Assembly: GCA_963779755.1 (NCBI GenBank)
Contig: CAVZZO010000003.1
Coordinates: forward strand, 736,001 to 800,000
Direction of reading: 5' to 3'
DNA length: 64,000 nucleotides
Origin: an uncultured Gemmatimonadales bacterium
GTDB taxonomy: Bacteria; Gemmatimonadota; Gemmatimonadetes; Gemmatimonadales; GWC2-71-9
Shown here: piece by piece, positions 40,096 to 51,695 of the stretch
How positions within the stretch are numbered: the first letter of the stretch is position 1
How the letters are laid out: each line of letters starts with the position of its first letter
Notes under the pieces: model-generated
What the model was told of the DNA's origin: nothing
What the model saw: the letters and a program-made list of their open reading frames with translations, nothing else
Database searches by the model: none
Made by a program: the position numbers and the translations under genes

Positions 40096-41370
40096 ATGCG
40101 CACGATGATCCGCGTCGCCTGGATCCTGGGTGCGCTCGCCGCCGGCGCGGCGGGCGCCCGGCCGGTGTCGGCCCAGGAAGCCCAGCTCGTGGAATGCGCA
40201 AAGTGCCACACCAACCGTGACTTCCTCGCCAGCAACGCGACGAAGCCGGGCCAGGATACCCTGCTCTACGTGTCGCCCCACGCCCTGGACAGCACGGTGC
40301 ACCGGAGCCTGCGCTGTGTGGATTGCCACCGGGGCTACGGTGAGGGCTATCCCCACCGCGCCGACATGGTCGCGGTGCCCTGCCAGACCTGTCATGAGCC
40401 GCAGGGGCACGACTGGGACGCGTCGATCCATGCCACCAACGCCGAGACCCGCGGCGACGCACCCACCTGCGTGGGCTGCCACGGGTCGCACAAGATCTAC
40501 AGCGCGAGGGACCCGCGCTCGCCCACCTACAAGCTGAACGTCGCGGGCCTCTGCGGCCGCTGCCACAGCGACGCCAAGCTGATCGGTCGTTACTTCTCCG
40601 GCCCGGGCAAGGAAGCGGCCCGCGTCGCCGCGGTCGATTTCCCCAATAGCGTCCACGGCATCGCGCTCACCCGCGACGGGCTGGTGGTCTCGGCGACCTG
40701 CACCGACTGCCACACGGCCCACCGGGTGCTCCCCGCCGATTCGGCCAGCTCGACCGTCAGCCGGAAGAACATTCCAGCCACCTGCGGCAAGTGCCACGCC
40801 GGCGTGGTCGCGGTCTACGATTCCTCCGCCCATGGCCCGCTCTATCCCGAGCAGGCCGGCGTGGGGGGAGGGCACCCGCGCCCGGTGTGCATCGACTGCC
40901 ACTCGGCGCACGAGATCGTCCGGGCGGACCAGCCCGAATGGAAGTTCAGCACGGTGGCAAAGTGCGGGAACTGCCACGAAGAGCTGTACGAGACCTACTT
41001 CGAGACCTATCACGGCAAGGTCAGCCGGCTGGGCTCGGCGCTGGCCGCCAAGTGCAGCGACTGTCACACGCCCCACAACATGCGGCCGGCCAACGACCCG
41101 CAGTCGTCGGTGTTCGCCGGGAACCTGGTGGCGACCTGCGGCAAATGCCATGAGGGCTCCAGCGCCAACTTCGCGAAGTACTATGCCCATGGCGACCCCA
41201 CCAACCGGACGAAGTACCCGCTGCTCTACTGGCCCTACCTCCTGATGACGGGCCTGCTGGTGAGCGTGATGACCTTCTTCGGGATTCACAGCCTGCTGTG
41301 GCTGCTGCGCACGCTGATCGACCACCGCCGGAGAGCCGGCGCGGCGCCCGCCGGAGGGAGCGCCTCATGA
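40096..41370 (+). CDS. Undecaheme cytochrome c, CbcL-like periplasmic part
   Basis: RBS AGGAGG, signal peptide, 11 CxxCH, C-terminal TM with His (FFGIHS). Confidence 0.9.
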   Translation: MRTMIRVAWILGALAAGAAGARPVSAQEAQLVECAKCHTNRDFLASNATKPGQDTLLYVSPHALDSTVHRSLRCVDCHRGYGEGYPHRADMVAVPCQTCHEPQGHDWDASIHATNAETRGDAPTCVGCHGSHKIYSARDPRSPTYKLNVAGLCGRCHSDAKLIGRYFSGPGKEAARVAAVDFPNSVHGIALTRDGLVVSATCTDCHTAHRVLPADSASSTVSRKNIPATCGKCHAGVVAVYDSSAHGPLYPEQAGVGGGHPRPVCIDCHSAHEIVRADQPEWKFSTVAKCGNCHEELYETYFETYHGKVSRLGSALAAKCSDCHTPHNMRPANDPQSSVFAGNLVATCGKCHEGSSANFAKYYAHGDPTNRTKYPLLYWPYLLMTGLLVSVMTFFGIHSLLWLLRTLIDHRRRAGAAPAGGSAS

Positions 41371-42218
41371 CCCCACGCGCAATGAACGCCGCCGATCGCG
41401 GCGCCGGCCCCTACGTCTGGCGCTTCTCGGGATTCAACCGGGTGCTGCACGTCCTGGTGATCATCTCGTTTCTCGGCCTGGTGGCCACCGGTCTGCCGCT
41501 CCGGTTCTCCTATGCGGGATGGGCCCGCCCGTTGATGGCCGTCTTCGGCGGCCCGGTGGCCGCCGGCCTGATCCACCGCTTCTGCGCCATCATCACCTTC
41601 GGCTATTTCTTCGCCCATATCGGCAATCTGGCCTGGCGTTTTATCAAGGGACCCCACCGGATGCGGTTGCTCTGGGGCCCCGACTCCATGGTGCCCCAGG
41701 CCAAGGACGTCCGCGACGTGGTGCAGATGTTCAAGTGGTTCATCGGGCGCGGGTCCCGGCCGGACTTCGAGCGTTACAGCTACATGGAGAAGTTCGATTA
41801 CTGGGCGGTGTTCTGGGGCGTGGCCATCATCGGGACCTCGGGGCTCTTTCTCTGGTTCCCGACCTTCTTTGCGCATTTTCTGCCCGGCTGGGCCTTCAAC
41901 ATCGCCACCATCATCCATGGCGACGAGGCGCTGCTGGCCGCGAGCTTCATCTTCACCATCCACTTCTTCAACGTCCATTTCCGGCCGGAGAAGTTCCCTA
42001 TCGATACCGTGATCTTCACCGGCCGGGCCACGGCCGACTATATGAAGGAAGAGCACGGCCTCGAGTACGAGCGGGTGTCGGAAGCGGGCGCCCTGGAATC
42101 CCGGGTGGCGCCGCCCGCCTCGCGCGCAGCCTATCTCTGGTCGGTGGTCATGGGCTTCGCCGCCCTGGCGGTCGGCGTCTTCCTGATCGTCCTCGTGCTC
42201 TACGCCTTGCTCCGATGA
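41367..42218 (+). CDS. Di-heme cytochrome b (FdnI-like / CbcL membrane part)
   Basis: RVLH, LIHR...AH, EKFDYWAVFWG, IIHGDEALLA...FTIHFFNVHFRPEKFP. Confidence 0.9.
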   Translation: MTPRAMNAADRGAGPYVWRFSGFNRVLHVLVIISFLGLVATGLPLRFSYAGWARPLMAVFGGPVAAGLIHRFCAIITFGYFFAHIGNLAWRFIKGPHRMRLLWGPDSMVPQAKDVRDVVQMFKWFIGRGSRPDFERYSYMEKFDYWAVFWGVAIIGTSGLFLWFPTFFAHFLPGWAFNIATIIHGDEALLAASFIFTIHFFNVHFRPEKFPIDTVIFTGRATADYMKEEHGLEYERVSEAGALESRVAPPASRAAYLWSVVMGFAALAVGVFLIVLVLYALLR

Positions 42219-43747
42219 CCGCCATACATCGTCCGTCGACCGGCGCGGTACGGCTGGGCCGCCTGGCCGCCGCCCTGCTGCTGCTGGCGGCCGTCGCTCC
42301 CGCCGCCCGGGCCCAGGGATACCGGCTGCGGCTCGATTCCCGGCTTCAGGCGGTGTCCTTCCGGGGCATCACGATGGACAGTATCCCCGTCACCGACACC
42401 GTCACCGGCCCCACCGGCGGTCCGGTGTCGCCCGACGGCATCGAAGCCCACTGCTTTCAAGGCGTGGCTTATTGCACGGTGTTCCGGCCGGGCCCCGTCC
42501 GGCATACCGGCCCCTTCGTGACCAGCGCCGACCTCACGATGTGGGGCTTTGGCGTCCACGGCCTGAGTCTCCGGGTGAATACCCGCGTGGGCACCGACCT
42601 GGGCTCGGGCTCCTACTGGCCGGGCAACGATCCGGCGGTGCAGCTGGTGGAGGGCTATCTCGAGTACGCTGCCCCCCGCTATACCATCCGCGCCGGGCGT
42701 CAGATCCAGGCCGGACGGCTGGGCCTGACGGAATTCGACGGAGGCCGGGCCATCGTCCGCGATGCCAGCCATGGGCTGGAGGCCAGCGGTTATATCGGCC
42801 TGGGTCTGGGCCTGGGGTCGGTGCTGCCGGTGACGAGTCCGGCCCTCAATCCCCTGGACGAGTACCGGCCCAACCGCCGCCAACTGGTAGCCGGCGCCAC
42901 CCTGGGCTGGCACGGCGCCTGGGCCGATGTCGGGGCGGAATACCAGCGCGAGGTGGACCGGCGCTCCAAGTATTTCTGGTCCGAACGCGTGGCGCTCAAC
43001 GCCGACGTGCACCCGCTCCCCCGATGGTCGCTGGTGGGCGGCGCCGAATACAACATGGCCGAGGGCTGGCTGGGCAGCGCCGACGCCAGCCTGCGCTACA
43101 CCACTCGCGCGGTCACCGCGCTGGCGGGCTACCGGCGCTATCGCCCCTTCTTCGAACTGTGGACCATCTGGGGCGCGTTCAGTCCCGTGCCCTACAACGC
43201 CGTCGAAGGCGGCGTGTGGGTGACGCCGCTGCCCCAGCTCCGGCTGCGAGGCCACGCCGAGCAGTATTGGTTCGAGCAGAGCGACGCCTCGACCCCCCTC
43301 GTGACGGTCGAGGACAACGGCTGGCGCGTCTCTCTGGGCGGCACCTACACCTTCTCGCCCCAATGGAGCGTCGACGCCGGTTATCATGCGGAGTTCGGGC
43401 CCGGGGCCGCGTCCCGCGGCTACGACGCCGCCGTCACCTGGAACCCGACCGCGCTGCTCTCCCTCTCGGCCCATGGCGCCACCCTGGACCGCCCGCTGGA
43501 ATTCCGCTATGACGATGCGCGGGTGCGCTGGTACGGCGTGGAAGCCGAGGTGCGCCCCCAGGACCGCATCCGGCTCTCCGCCTCGGCCGACCGCTATGAG
43601 GAAAACCGGCGACGCCCCGATGCGGGCGGCATCGACTGGAACCAGTGGCGGCTGAGCGCCCGGATCTCGCTGTACTTCACCTCCAACGCCGACCAGCTGC
43701 CGCTGCCGCCCGCCGTGGGCCGCCGCCACAGGAGCCCGGGCCGATGA
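42215..43747 (+). CDS. Large outer-membrane beta-barrel protein (putative cytochrome-conduit porin)
   Basis: Signal peptide ending ARA-Q; about 510 aa of amphipathic aromatic-rich strands; ATGA-coupled between cytochrome genes. Confidence 0.8.
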   Translation: MTAIHRPSTGAVRLGRLAAALLLLAAVAPAARAQGYRLRLDSRLQAVSFRGITMDSIPVTDTVTGPTGGPVSPDGIEAHCFQGVAYCTVFRPGPVRHTGPFVTSADLTMWGFGVHGLSLRVNTRVGTDLGSGSYWPGNDPAVQLVEGYLEYAAPRYTIRAGRQIQAGRLGLTEFDGGRAIVRDASHGLEASGYIGLGLGLGSVLPVTSPALNPLDEYRPNRRQLVAGATLGWHGAWADVGAEYQREVDRRSKYFWSERVALNADVHPLPRWSLVGGAEYNMAEGWLGSADASLRYTTRAVTALAGYRRYRPFFELWTIWGAFSPVPYNAVEGGVWVTPLPQLRLRGHAEQYWFEQSDASTPLVTVEDNGWRVSLGGTYTFSPQWSVDAGYHAEFGPGAASRGYDAAVTWNPTALLSLSAHGATLDRPLEFRYDDARVRWYGVEAEVRPQDRIRLSASADRYEENRRRPDAGGIDWNQWRLSARISLYFTSNADQLPLPPAVGRRHRSPGR

Positions 43748-45201
43748 GACTGCAACGTTCGGGATGGCTGCTGGCGGTGGTGCTGGGCTTCCTGCCTCTG
43801 GTGGCCACGCGGCCCGCTCCGCGCAGCCCGGATCACTTCGATCATGGCCGGCACGCACGACTGTTCCTCCAGTGCACCAGTTGCCACGCCGGCGCCGCCG
43901 ACAGCACGGCGTCGTTCTATCCCGCGCCCGAAAGCTGCGCCACCTGCCACGACGGAACGGTGCAGCGCACGGTAGACTGGCAGCCGCCGGCCGAGGCGCC
44001 GCGGCCCACCAATCTGCGCTTCACCCACGCGAGCCATGGCCGCCGGGCGGCACAGCACTACGGCCAGGATTCCTCCCTGGCCTGCATGACGTGCCATGCG
44101 CCGCAGGGCGCGGGCTGGATGCAGCAGGTTGAGCTGGCCGCCCTGCCCCGCTGCTTCGACTGCCACGGCGTGCAGGCGACCGCCCACCTGGCCGCGCCCG
44201 ACACGGCCTGCGCCACCTGTCACCTGCCGTTGCCGCAGGCGCAGGCCTTGACCCGGCAGGACGTGGCGAACTTCCCCAAGCCTCCCAGTCATGAACAGGA
44301 GGGCTTCGCGCTGGGCGGCCACGGCAAGCTGGCGGGACCCGTTTCGGGGCCGCGAGGCCAGTTCGAGGTTTCGCCGAGCTGCGCCACCTGCCATGCCCGC
44401 GACTTCTGCATTCGCTGCCATGTGAACGCGCCCGAGGTAAAGCAGATTCAGGCGCTCGCGCCCGATCCGCGGTCCCTGGCCCTCGAAGGGCAGTTGCAGG
44501 CGCCCCCCAGCCATCGGGCCGAGGGATTCGCGACCAGCCATGGCGGCCTGGCCCGCAAGAACATTCAGGCCTGCGCCACCTGCCACACCCGGGAGAGCTG
44601 CCTGGCCTGTCACCGGGGCCAGCTGCCGGTCTCCCAAGCCCTCTTCGAGGCGGGGCCGGGCCGGGGGCCGGGCGCGCAGGTCACCCGTCATCAGCCGCCG
44701 TCGCACGGCGCCGATTTCGCCGATACCCACGGACCGGTCGCGGCCGCCCAGCCGATGGTCTGCGCGACCTGCCATACCCGCGCGGAGTGCCTGGAATGTC
44801 ACCGGCCCACGTCGGCGACCAATCCCAACGAATACCATCCGCCCGCGTTTCTGACCCGGCACCCGGCGGCCGCCTACGCCCGGGAAACGGACTGCAACAC
44901 CTGCCACAATCAGCAGGCGTTCTGCACCGCCTGCCACGTGCGGGCCGGGCTCTACGCCAAGTCGCCGCTGCGGCAGGGCTTCCACGATGCCCAACCCGGT
45001 TTCCTGTTCGGACATGGACAGGCGGCACGGCAGAATCTGGAGAGCTGCACATCCTGCCATGTCGAGCGCGATTGTCTCACCTGCCACTCGGCACAGGGCG
45101 GCCGGCGGTTCAATCCGCATGGCGCCGATTTCGACGCCAAACGGCTCAAGCGGAAGAACCCGGAGATGTGCACAGTGTGCCACGGGCAGAACATTCCCTG
45201 A
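43744..45201 (+). CDS. Hexadecaheme periplasmic cytochrome c
   Basis: Signal peptide, FDHxxH, 16 CxxCH, many in doubled CxxCH-x4/5-CxxCH units. Confidence 0.92.
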   Translation: MRLQRSGWLLAVVLGFLPLVATRPAPRSPDHFDHGRHARLFLQCTSCHAGAADSTASFYPAPESCATCHDGTVQRTVDWQPPAEAPRPTNLRFTHASHGRRAAQHYGQDSSLACMTCHAPQGAGWMQQVELAALPRCFDCHGVQATAHLAAPDTACATCHLPLPQAQALTRQDVANFPKPPSHEQEGFALGGHGKLAGPVSGPRGQFEVSPSCATCHARDFCIRCHVNAPEVKQIQALAPDPRSLALEGQLQAPPSHRAEGFATSHGGLARKNIQACATCHTRESCLACHRGQLPVSQALFEAGPGRGPGAQVTRHQPPSHGADFADTHGPVAAAQPMVCATCHTRAECLECHRPTSATNPNEYHPPAFLTRHPAAAYARETDCNTCHNQQAFCTACHVRAGLYAKSPLRQGFHDAQPGFLFGHGQAARQNLESCTSCHVERDCLTCHSAQGGRRFNPHGADFDAKRLKRKNPEMCTVCHGQNIP

Positions 45202-45203
45202 GG

Positions 45204-45301
45204 GGAATCAGGAATCAGGAATCAGGAATCGGGAATCAGGAATCAGGAATCGGGAATCGGGAATCGGGAATCGGGAATCAGGATTCAGGATCCGGGGATC
45301 G
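45204..45301 (+). repeat. GGAATC[AG] heptamer tandem repeat (~14 units)
   Basis: Directly visible after the cytochrome stop codon; degenerates toward the 3' end. Confidence 0.9.
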
Positions 45302-45431
45302 GGGGTCGCGATTGCGGCCCCTTCGTCGTTCCCGGCAATCCCGAGAGGCGGCGCGTTGAGCACACGATGCGGTTTCGGGATGCCGGAGGCCGGAGTAGGT
45401 TTCAGCCGGTTCTCACCTCCTTCAGGCGCAC

Positions 45432-46847
<1,416 letters not shown>

Positions 46848-47140
46848 GGGATGGGGCCCTGGTCCGCCGCATGTGGAATCTTGGCAGCGGTAGCCGCACT
46901 CGAATGCCCGTCCACCGGAATTGCGACAGCAGCTCCGGACCGCGCCTGGGCCCGGGGGATGACGGCTTGCTCCCCTGATCACGGCGCCCCTTGCGGATGG
47001 CTCGTCCGGACTGCATGCTCAGGGTGATCCTCGTCAGAACGCCTCCTCCCTCATGTCCCGATCCCTGAAATTGTCACAGGGGGCGTGGATGTTGGGGGAT
47101 GCGGACCACACGGACATTCACCCGGTGCAGGGGGACCAGC

Positions 47141-47971
47141 ATGAGCCACACCTTCGCCGTCAGGCCAACCGGCGAGCGGGAAGGCGCCCCGCGAGCGCGG
47201 ATGCTCCCAGGCACGGTGTTCGTGGGGCACCACGGCCCACCACTTGTCTTTCGCCTGCTTCGGGCGGGACGACCTCCGCTCCGCCTGGAGGATGCCGGCC
47301 AGGTGCTCGCGATCTGGCGCCGGGCGTTGCAGGCGCGGTCGGTGCAGCCGGTCCCGGAGATCATCTCGGGGCATCCGCCCGGGAGCACGCGGGCGGCGCC
47401 GCGGCCCAGCGCGCGGGCGCACCTCGCATTGCTGCCCTGGCCGCAAGCGGATGGCACCGGCCGCCTGATGCTGGGCGGCGTTGCCGCTTCTCTTCCCCGC
47501 AGCACCTCGGCCGAGGATCGCCGGCTGGCCAACCACGCACTGGCCGTCGTTCGCCGGCTCACGTTGGGCAGCCTCGGCGTCTGGGACCTGGAGCCCGTCG
47601 CGAGGGAAGATGGTGCCCAGTCAGGCAAAGGGCCTTCGCGCATCTGGACTACGCTGACGCCGTTCGTCTTTGGCCGCTATCCGCGGGACCCGTGGGGCGC
47701 GAAGGCCCAGACGATGGTAACTGAGGCATGCGGGATCGCCGGCCTGCCCGAGCCGGTGCGGGTGGAGACCGGCCGGCAAGCCTGGCTCCCCGGCGTGCCG
47801 CCGGCCTCCGGCTTTCCGCCGCTCTGGCACCGGCCGGGTCGGCCGCGGTCGTTTCATGTACACGTGCGGCTGGAGTTCGCTGAGCCGGTGGAGGGACCGG
47901 TGCTGGTGGGGGCGGGGCGGCATGGGGGGTATGGGGTGTTCGCCGACTACGATCGAAGGGTGATTCCATGA
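47141..47971 (+). CDS. csb2: Stand-alone Csb2 C-terminal (Cas6-like) domain protein
   Basis: SGH...HLALLP, WTTLTPFV, HVRLEFAEPVEGPVLVGAGRHGGYGVF G-rich loop. Confidence 0.8.
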   Translation: MSHTFAVRPTGEREGAPRARMLPGTVFVGHHGPPLVFRLLRAGRPPLRLEDAGQVLAIWRRALQARSVQPVPEIISGHPPGSTRAAPRPSARAHLALLPWPQADGTGRLMLGGVAASLPRSTSAEDRRLANHALAVVRRLTLGSLGVWDLEPVAREDGAQSGKGPSRIWTTLTPFVFGRYPRDPWGAKAQTMVTEACGIAGLPEPVRVETGRQAWLPGVPPASGFPPLWHRPGRPRSFHVHVRLEFAEPVEGPVLVGAGRHGGYGVFADYDRRVIP

Positions 47972-48134
47972 AGGTGCCCGATCAGCTACTGGTGGCCGGG
48001 CAAGAGTCCGCTCGAGCGCGTGAGCACCTCCTCGAAACCGCGGCGAGGCTCGAGGTTGTCGCGCCGATTCAACGGATGTGGTTCGTCCCCAGGAGCGGTC
48101 CATGGTTGAGCTGGCTCCAGGTTGGGGCTGACGC

Positions 48135-50840
48135 ATGAATCAGTTAGGCTTTGATGAGCGCTTCGCCGAGCTGACCGGCCATCAGCCGCTCAGCTGGCAA
48201 CGGCGCCTGTACGAGGAATGGGCGACCAGCAATCACATTCGCGAAGCCATTGCACTGCCCACTGGCATGGGCAAGACGATGGTGATGGCGATCTGGCTGA
48301 TCGGCCGGGAAAATCACCCCGACAAGTTCCCCACGCGGCTCATCTATGTTGTCGATCGCCGCACCGTCGTGGATCAGGCGACCGATCTTGCGTGCAAGCT
48401 TCGATACAATTTCGGCGAGGACAAACTGGCCATCTCCACTCTCCGCGGCCAGCTGGCCGACAACCGCGAATGGTCTGCGGACCCCTCGCGCCCGGCGATC
48501 ATTATCGGCACCGTGGATCTCATCGGTTCGGCGCTGCTCTTCTCGGGCTACCGCTCCAGCTACAAACGCCGCCCGCTCGAAGCCGGTCTGCTCGGGCAGG
48601 ACTCGCTGCTGGTGCTGGATGAGGCACATCTGTCCAGACCGTTCGAGAAGCTCATCATCTCCATCTCCACTTTTCAGAAATCCAACCACAAGGCGATGCG
48701 TGCTATTCGCATGTCGGCGACGAATGGCGAACCTTCCGGCGGAGGGACGTTCAGGCTCGAAGACTCGGATCTGAAGGACGAGACCGTCAGCGAACGGTTT
48801 AACGCGAAGAAGCGATTGAAGCTCGTTGAGCCGGTGAACACAAAGGATGTCAAGAGTGCGCTCTTCAAAGAAGCCGTCGCGCTTGCCGGTGACACGGAGC
48901 GGCGGGGCAAACGCATCGTCGTCTTCGTTCGGAGACCCGACGACGCGCGTTGGATTGCCGCCGCGATTCGCAGACATGGGGCAAGAGTGAGCTCCCTTGC
49001 CCCATATGCGAACGCCGTCGAAGTTCTCACGGGTACGATACGCGGCTTCGAGCGCGACGGCCTTGTCGCGAAGCCTGTCTTCAAGGATCGCTGGCTCAAT
49101 GGCAATCTGGAGCCGGATGCTCCTGCCAACCAGAAACCCGTCTTCCTTATCTCCACCAGCGCTGGCGAAGTCGGGTTCGATCTCAACGCCGACCACTTGA
49201 TTGGCGACGCGGCACCGCTCGACTCATGGATTCAGCGGCTGGGGCGAGTCAATCGACGTGGCAAGGGTGACGCCACAGTCATTCTCGTCAAAGAAGAAGC
49301 ACCCGCCGACAAGACCGACTTCGACAAGGCCTGCATCGCCACATCCAACTTGCTCGCCGACGGAATGGATGTCAGCCCCAAGGCCCTGGCGGCATTCAAC
49401 CATGGTCTCACGCCCGAGCAGATCGACCAGGCATCGTCTCCCAAGCCAACGACGGTCGATCTCACCGACATCCTACTAGATGCCTGGAGCATGACCAGCA
49501 TCATCGAGCCGATCCCCGGCCGGCCGGTAGTTGGCCCGTGGCTGCGTGGCATCGACAGGGAGCAGGCACAGACGACGGTCGCATGGCGGACGGAGCTTGA
49601 ATCGTTTGGGGACGACTCGACGCCGGAAACGGCGCTACAAGCCATTTTCACCAAGCACGCCATTCGTCCCCACGAGGTATTGACGGTCAACACCGGATAT
49701 CTGCTCGAGTTCATCAAGCGGATTCCGAAGCTCAAGGACCGCCCTCACGATGTGATGTCAACGCGAGTCGCCATCCGGTTCCCACGCGGGCAGGTCGTGT
49801 GTCGCACGCTTCAGCAACTCAGTGACGACCCAGGCATCCTGTATGCGGACTCAACGCTCATCCTGCCCGCGCAGTTCGGGGGCCTCGACCATTCTGGGAT
49901 GCTCGATGCCGAAGCCATCCCGAAAACGCGAAAGGATGACGATCCCGAGCCACGCTCCTACGATGTCGCGGATCATAGCGGTTACGAGCACACCGATCAG
50001 GCTCGTGCCCGCCTGCGCATCTTCATTGGTCGATCCGACGATGGATCGTGGACGCCCAAGCCTCTTCCGGGCCTGACCCTTCCCGAAGACCTCACGCTCG
50101 AACCGAGCTATGCCACATCGACCGCGCTCTTCAATGATCTGAAAGACGTCAGCTTTCGCGTGCGCCTCGTGCGGCCTGTCACACTAGACGACGAAGGCGA
50201 TGCGCTTCAATCGCTAGTCGTGCTTGCTCCCGCACCGAGAAAGAAGGGCAAGGAAGACCAACTTCTGACCGATCACGTCGGCGCCGTGGAGTCAGAGGCA
50301 CTGAGAATCGCTGACGCGCTGCATTTGGCGAAGGACGAACCCAGTCGCATTGCGTCGCTGTTCGCCGCTAAGTGGCACGATGAAGGGAAGAAGGCCCGCA
50401 TCTGGCAGGTCTTCGCCAATAATCCCGATCCCGGCCGGCCGCCGCTGGGAAAGATGGCCCAATCCCGCGACCCGAAGTCGCTGCGCGGCTACCGTCACGA
50501 GTTCGGCTCGCTCCTGCGAATCCAGCATCCCGAACGCTGCGGGACGCCTGGCTGCGACCTATCCCTCGACTCCGACGCGCGCGAACTGGCCTTCCACCTG
50601 ATCGCCACACACCACGGTGCCGGGCGGCCTCACTTCGCGCCGGCTATCTACGATCCCTTCACTGACGCCGAGCGTGACTCCATCCACGGGGAATGCATCC
50701 GCCGGTTCGCGCGTCTCCAGCGCAAGTACGGCTGGTGGCACCTCGCCTGGCTGGAAAACCTCCTGCGCTGCGCCGACCAACTCGCCAGTGCGGATGAGGA
50801 AGTGACCGAGATCGACGAATCGGAAGCGGGCGAGCAATGA
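48135..50840 (+). CDS. cas3: Type I-G (I-U) Cas3 helicase with C-terminal HD nuclease
   Basis: LPTGMGKT, YVVDRRTVVDQ, DEAH, SAT, QRLGRVNR; C-terminal H...HDEGK...RHE...HHG...AD. Confidence 0.95.
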   Translation: MNQLGFDERFAELTGHQPLSWQRRLYEEWATSNHIREAIALPTGMGKTMVMAIWLIGRENHPDKFPTRLIYVVDRRTVVDQATDLACKLRYNFGEDKLAISTLRGQLADNREWSADPSRPAIIIGTVDLIGSALLFSGYRSSYKRRPLEAGLLGQDSLLVLDEAHLSRPFEKLIISISTFQKSNHKAMRAIRMSATNGEPSGGGTFRLEDSDLKDETVSERFNAKKRLKLVEPVNTKDVKSALFKEAVALAGDTERRGKRIVVFVRRPDDARWIAAAIRRHGARVSSLAPYANAVEVLTGTIRGFERDGLVAKPVFKDRWLNGNLEPDAPANQKPVFLISTSAGEVGFDLNADHLIGDAAPLDSWIQRLGRVNRRGKGDATVILVKEEAPADKTDFDKACIATSNLLADGMDVSPKALAAFNHGLTPEQIDQASSPKPTTVDLTDILLDAWSMTSIIEPIPGRPVVGPWLRGIDREQAQTTVAWRTELESFGDDSTPETALQAIFTKHAIRPHEVLTVNTGYLLEFIKRIPKLKDRPHDVMSTRVAIRFPRGQVVCRTLQQLSDDPGILYADSTLILPAQFGGLDHSGMLDAEAIPKTRKDDDPEPRSYDVADHSGYEHTDQARARLRIFIGRSDDGSWTPKPLPGLTLPEDLTLEPSYATSTALFNDLKDVSFRVRLVRPVTLDDEGDALQSLVVLAPAPRKKGKEDQLLTDHVGAVESEALRIADALHLAKDEPSRIASLFAAKWHDEGKKARIWQVFANNPDPGRPPLGKMAQSRDPKSLRGYRHEFGSLLRIQHPERCGTPGCDLSLDSDARELAFHLIATHHGAGRPHFAPAIYDPFTDAERDSIHGECIRRFARLQRKYGWWHLAWLENLLRCADQLASADEEVTEIDESEAGEQ

Positions 50841-51695
50841 GTGATGCTAACATCACGATCCCCGTTGATCTGACCAATCCCGGCGAGTTCTTTGCCTGTT
50901 GCGGGGTGCTGGAACTGGCCGCTCGCCTCTGGCCGGGCGCGGAGGGATGGTTTGAGGGAAACGCTTTCTTCACGGCGACGCTTGGCGGACGGCTCGAGGC
51001 CATCACCGCGGCGCTGCAAGCCTGCGCCATCGTCAACACGATGACGCCCGCACAATCGGCCCGGCTCGAAGCGTTGTCCGCGATCTCGAAAAGGGACCGA
51101 GCAGCAGAGCCGGGGCTCGAAGACGAGAGAAGGGCTCTCCAATCGCTTCGGCGTGAACTTCCGATCGTAATCAAGGGCCCCCTTTCCTTTCTGGTCGACT
51201 GGTTCACGGACGATCTCGCCGGTGGGTCGCGTTTCAAGACTTGGGCGGGTCAACAGTCGGTGCTCGACATCGCAACGGCCATGCACGGCGGTATGAGTGA
51301 TGCCGAAGGGCTCTGGGATAGCGTTCGTCGTATCGGTCTGCCGTTCAATCTCGACTCCGACCTTGGCGGGCAGGGCTCGGCCCTCGACATCGGCTTCAGT
51401 TTTGATCCGCTGGCCGGCAGCGAAGCCACGCGAATCGAAGGCACCTGCAGGCCCGCGCTCGAACTGCTCGCGTTCATCGGGCTGCAGCGCTTCGTCTGCG
51501 CGAAGTGCCGCGTCAGAACCGATTCGTCTTCACCGCGTGGCACACGCCGCTCTCGCCTTCGGCGGCATCAGCCGTCGCGTGTGGCGCCGTGACCCTACCG
51601 AGCGATGCGCAGTACGAGTTCAAGCTCCTCTACCGAACCAAGTACCTCAAGAGTTTTCTGCCGCCATTCCCTATCATGGAGACGATGATGAGTGA
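50837..51695 (+). pseudogene. Type I-G large subunit Cas8u2 (Csb3-like), frameshifted near 51500 and 51660
   Basis: VDLTNPGEFFACCGVLELA, FKTWAGQ, ELLAFIGLQRF; C-terminus continues in other frames. Confidence 0.7.

Noticed and set aside
47063..47081. CCCTG-N9-CAGGG palindrome upstream of the orphan csb2
   Set aside because: Only 5-bp GC-rich arms, expected by chance; no regulator gene nearby
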